DNA of 16,682 nucleotides from a virus (Duplodnaviria; Heunggongvirae; Uroviricota; Caudoviricetes): IMG/VR virus record IMGVR_UViG_2671180643_000014; one strand, 5' to 3'. Shown piece by piece: positions 15,222 to 16,682 of this stretch (position 1 is its first letter; each line of letters starts with the position of its first letter). The notes under the pieces were generated by a model. It saw only the letters and a program-made list of their open reading frames with translations, ran no database searches and was not told where the DNA came from. The position numbers and the translations under genes were made by a program.

Positions 15222-16682
15222 TTATTCATCTTTCGGCGCAGAATGCTGGCGACCAAAAATCACCTCCATCCGCGCACCGCCCAGCATGCTCTCTCCGGCG
15301 ACGATTTTACCCTCATATTGCTCGGTGATTTCGCGGGCTACCGCCAGCCCTACACCTTGCCCAGGGCGTAAAGTATCAACCCGTTGACCACGGTCGAAAA
15401 TGACCTCTCGCTTGCTTAATGGAATACCGGGGCCATCATCCTCGACCACAATATAGAGATGCTCGTCGGTTTGCCTTGCAGAAATTTCGACAAACTCGAG
15501 GCAATATTTACAGGCATTATCCAGCACGTTGCCCATCACCTCGACAAAATCGTTCTGCTCACCGACAAAGCTGATCTCTGGCGAAATATCGAGAGAGATA
15601 TTGACCCCTTTGCGTTGATACACTTTGTTCAGCGCTGAGGTGAGATTGTCCAGCAGTGGGGCGACCGGATGCAGCTCGCGGCTGAGCAATGTCCCGCCGC
15701 GCATACTGGCACGATGCAGGTAGTAGCCAATTTGCTGTGAAATGCGGCTGATTTGCTCCAGCATTACCGGCTCAGCATCACTGACGCTCATCTTTTCACT
15801 ACGCAGAGAACGCAGCGTACTTTGCAGCACCGCCAGTGGCGTTTTCAGACTATGGGTCAGGTCGGTGAGCGTCGTACGGTATTTGTCGTAACGTTCGCGT
15901 TCACTTTTTAACAATCGGTTCAGGTTTCGTACCAGACTGGTCAGTTCTCGCGTTGTGGCTGGATTGAGCAATTCGCGGTTATGTTCTTCCAGTTCGCGGA
16001 CTTCTTTTGCCAGGGCTTCGATGGGGCGTAAACTCCACCAGGCGGCGACCCACAGCAGCGGGATCACTAACAGCAGATTGGCTGAGAGCACATAGATAAA
16101 CCAGCTCCAGACCATATAGGAACTTTTTAGCTCCACCGGAATGGTATCCACCACCACAATGGTTAATTTTGGCATCCGCGATGTTGCCGGGTAGACGTTT
16201 ACTGCCACCGAGTGGGTCATCTCCGCGTCGTCATCATCTTCCCGCACTTCCTGCAACTGTTGCTGTATCGAATGATCTCCACTCAGCAAGAGGCTGGTAT
16301 CGTTAACATCCGCTTCAATTTCATGAAAACCATTCGATTTCAGCCAGTCAGGCTGGATCATCTTCATCAGCCAGGGCACGTCACGTTGCGCCCATAAAAG
16401 CTGCCCGTTCTCATCATAAATTAGCGTCATGGTGGGGCTTTGCTTGTCGATATTTTCGGGTAACTCGACATGCAACTTATTGTTTTCCCACTTCGCAAGG
16501 GTATAGAACAGATTGCTCTCGCCACGTAACAGCCGAAACGTAGTTTTATCGAAACTGACGCTATAACCGATCAGCGCGACCATTCCGTAGGCAAGCGAAA
16601 GCACCAGTACTACCGCAGCCGTTGCCAACAGAAAACGTACCCGCAGTGAGAGCGGGAAAAAAAGACGCAGTAATTTTTTCAT
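15222..16682 (-). CDS. phoQ: Sensor histidine kinase PhoQ
   Basis: Complete 486-aa ORF. Two transmembrane segments, periplasmic domain with acidic patch EDDDDAE, H-box THSLKTPL and ATP-binding boxes DDGPGI and GQGVGL. Reads as E. coli PhoQ over its full length. Confidence 0.95.
   Translation of the reverse strand: MKKLLRLFFPLSLRVRFLLATAAVVLVLSLAYGMVALIGYSVSFDKTTFRLLRGESNLFYTLAKWENNKLHVELPENIDKQSPTMTLIYDENGQLLWAQRDVPWLMKMIQPDWLKSNGFHEIEADVNDTSLLLSGDHSIQQQLQEVREDDDDAEMTHSVAVNVYPATSRMPKLTIVVVDTIPVELKSSYMVWSWFIYVLSANLLLVIPLLWVAAWWSLRPIEALAKEVRELEEHNRELLNPATTRELTSLVRNLNRLLKSERERYDKYRTTLTDLTHSLKTPLAVLQSTLRSLRSEKMSVSDAEPVMLEQISRISQQIGYYLHRASMRGGTLLSRELHPVAPLLDNLTSALNKVYQRKGVNISLDISPEISFVGEQNDFVEVMGNVLDNACKYCLEFVEISARQTDEHLYIVVEDDGPGIPLSKREVIFDRGQRVDTLRPGQGVGLAVAREITEQYEGKIVAGESMLGGARMEVIFGRQHSAPKDE

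Noticed and set aside
15166-15387. 73-aa plus-strand ORF overlapping the 3' end of phoQ
   Set aside because: It lies antisense within the phoQ coding sequence with no ribosome-binding site; treated as a chance ORF.

Overview
The window holds a ~15 kb integrated phage-satellite island (position 1 to about 15.1 kb; left boundary outside the window) ending beside a complete phoQ sensor kinase gene (15222-16682, minus strand), so the host is Escherichia-like. Island order: P4-type tyrosine integrase, AlpA, a divergent repressor/operator switch, two paralogous Icd/Ash-like small genes flanking a structured RNA-like element, four small unknown genes, a P4-alpha/D5-type primase-helicase, an iteron origin, an SSB, then a complete HK97-type head and packaging module (major capsid, prohead protease, portal, head-closure and connector proteins, HNH endonuclease, probable cos region, TerS, TerL). 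There are no tail, baseplate or lysis genes. This matches a capsid-forming, tail-stealing satellite (cf-PICI-like). All functional calls come from reading motifs in the ORF translations; no database search or folding computation was run. Best leads: an intrinsic terminator abutting the capsid start codon, a motif present three times, an operator-controlled divergent promoter with an untracked leftward operon, and a repeat-dense right junction.
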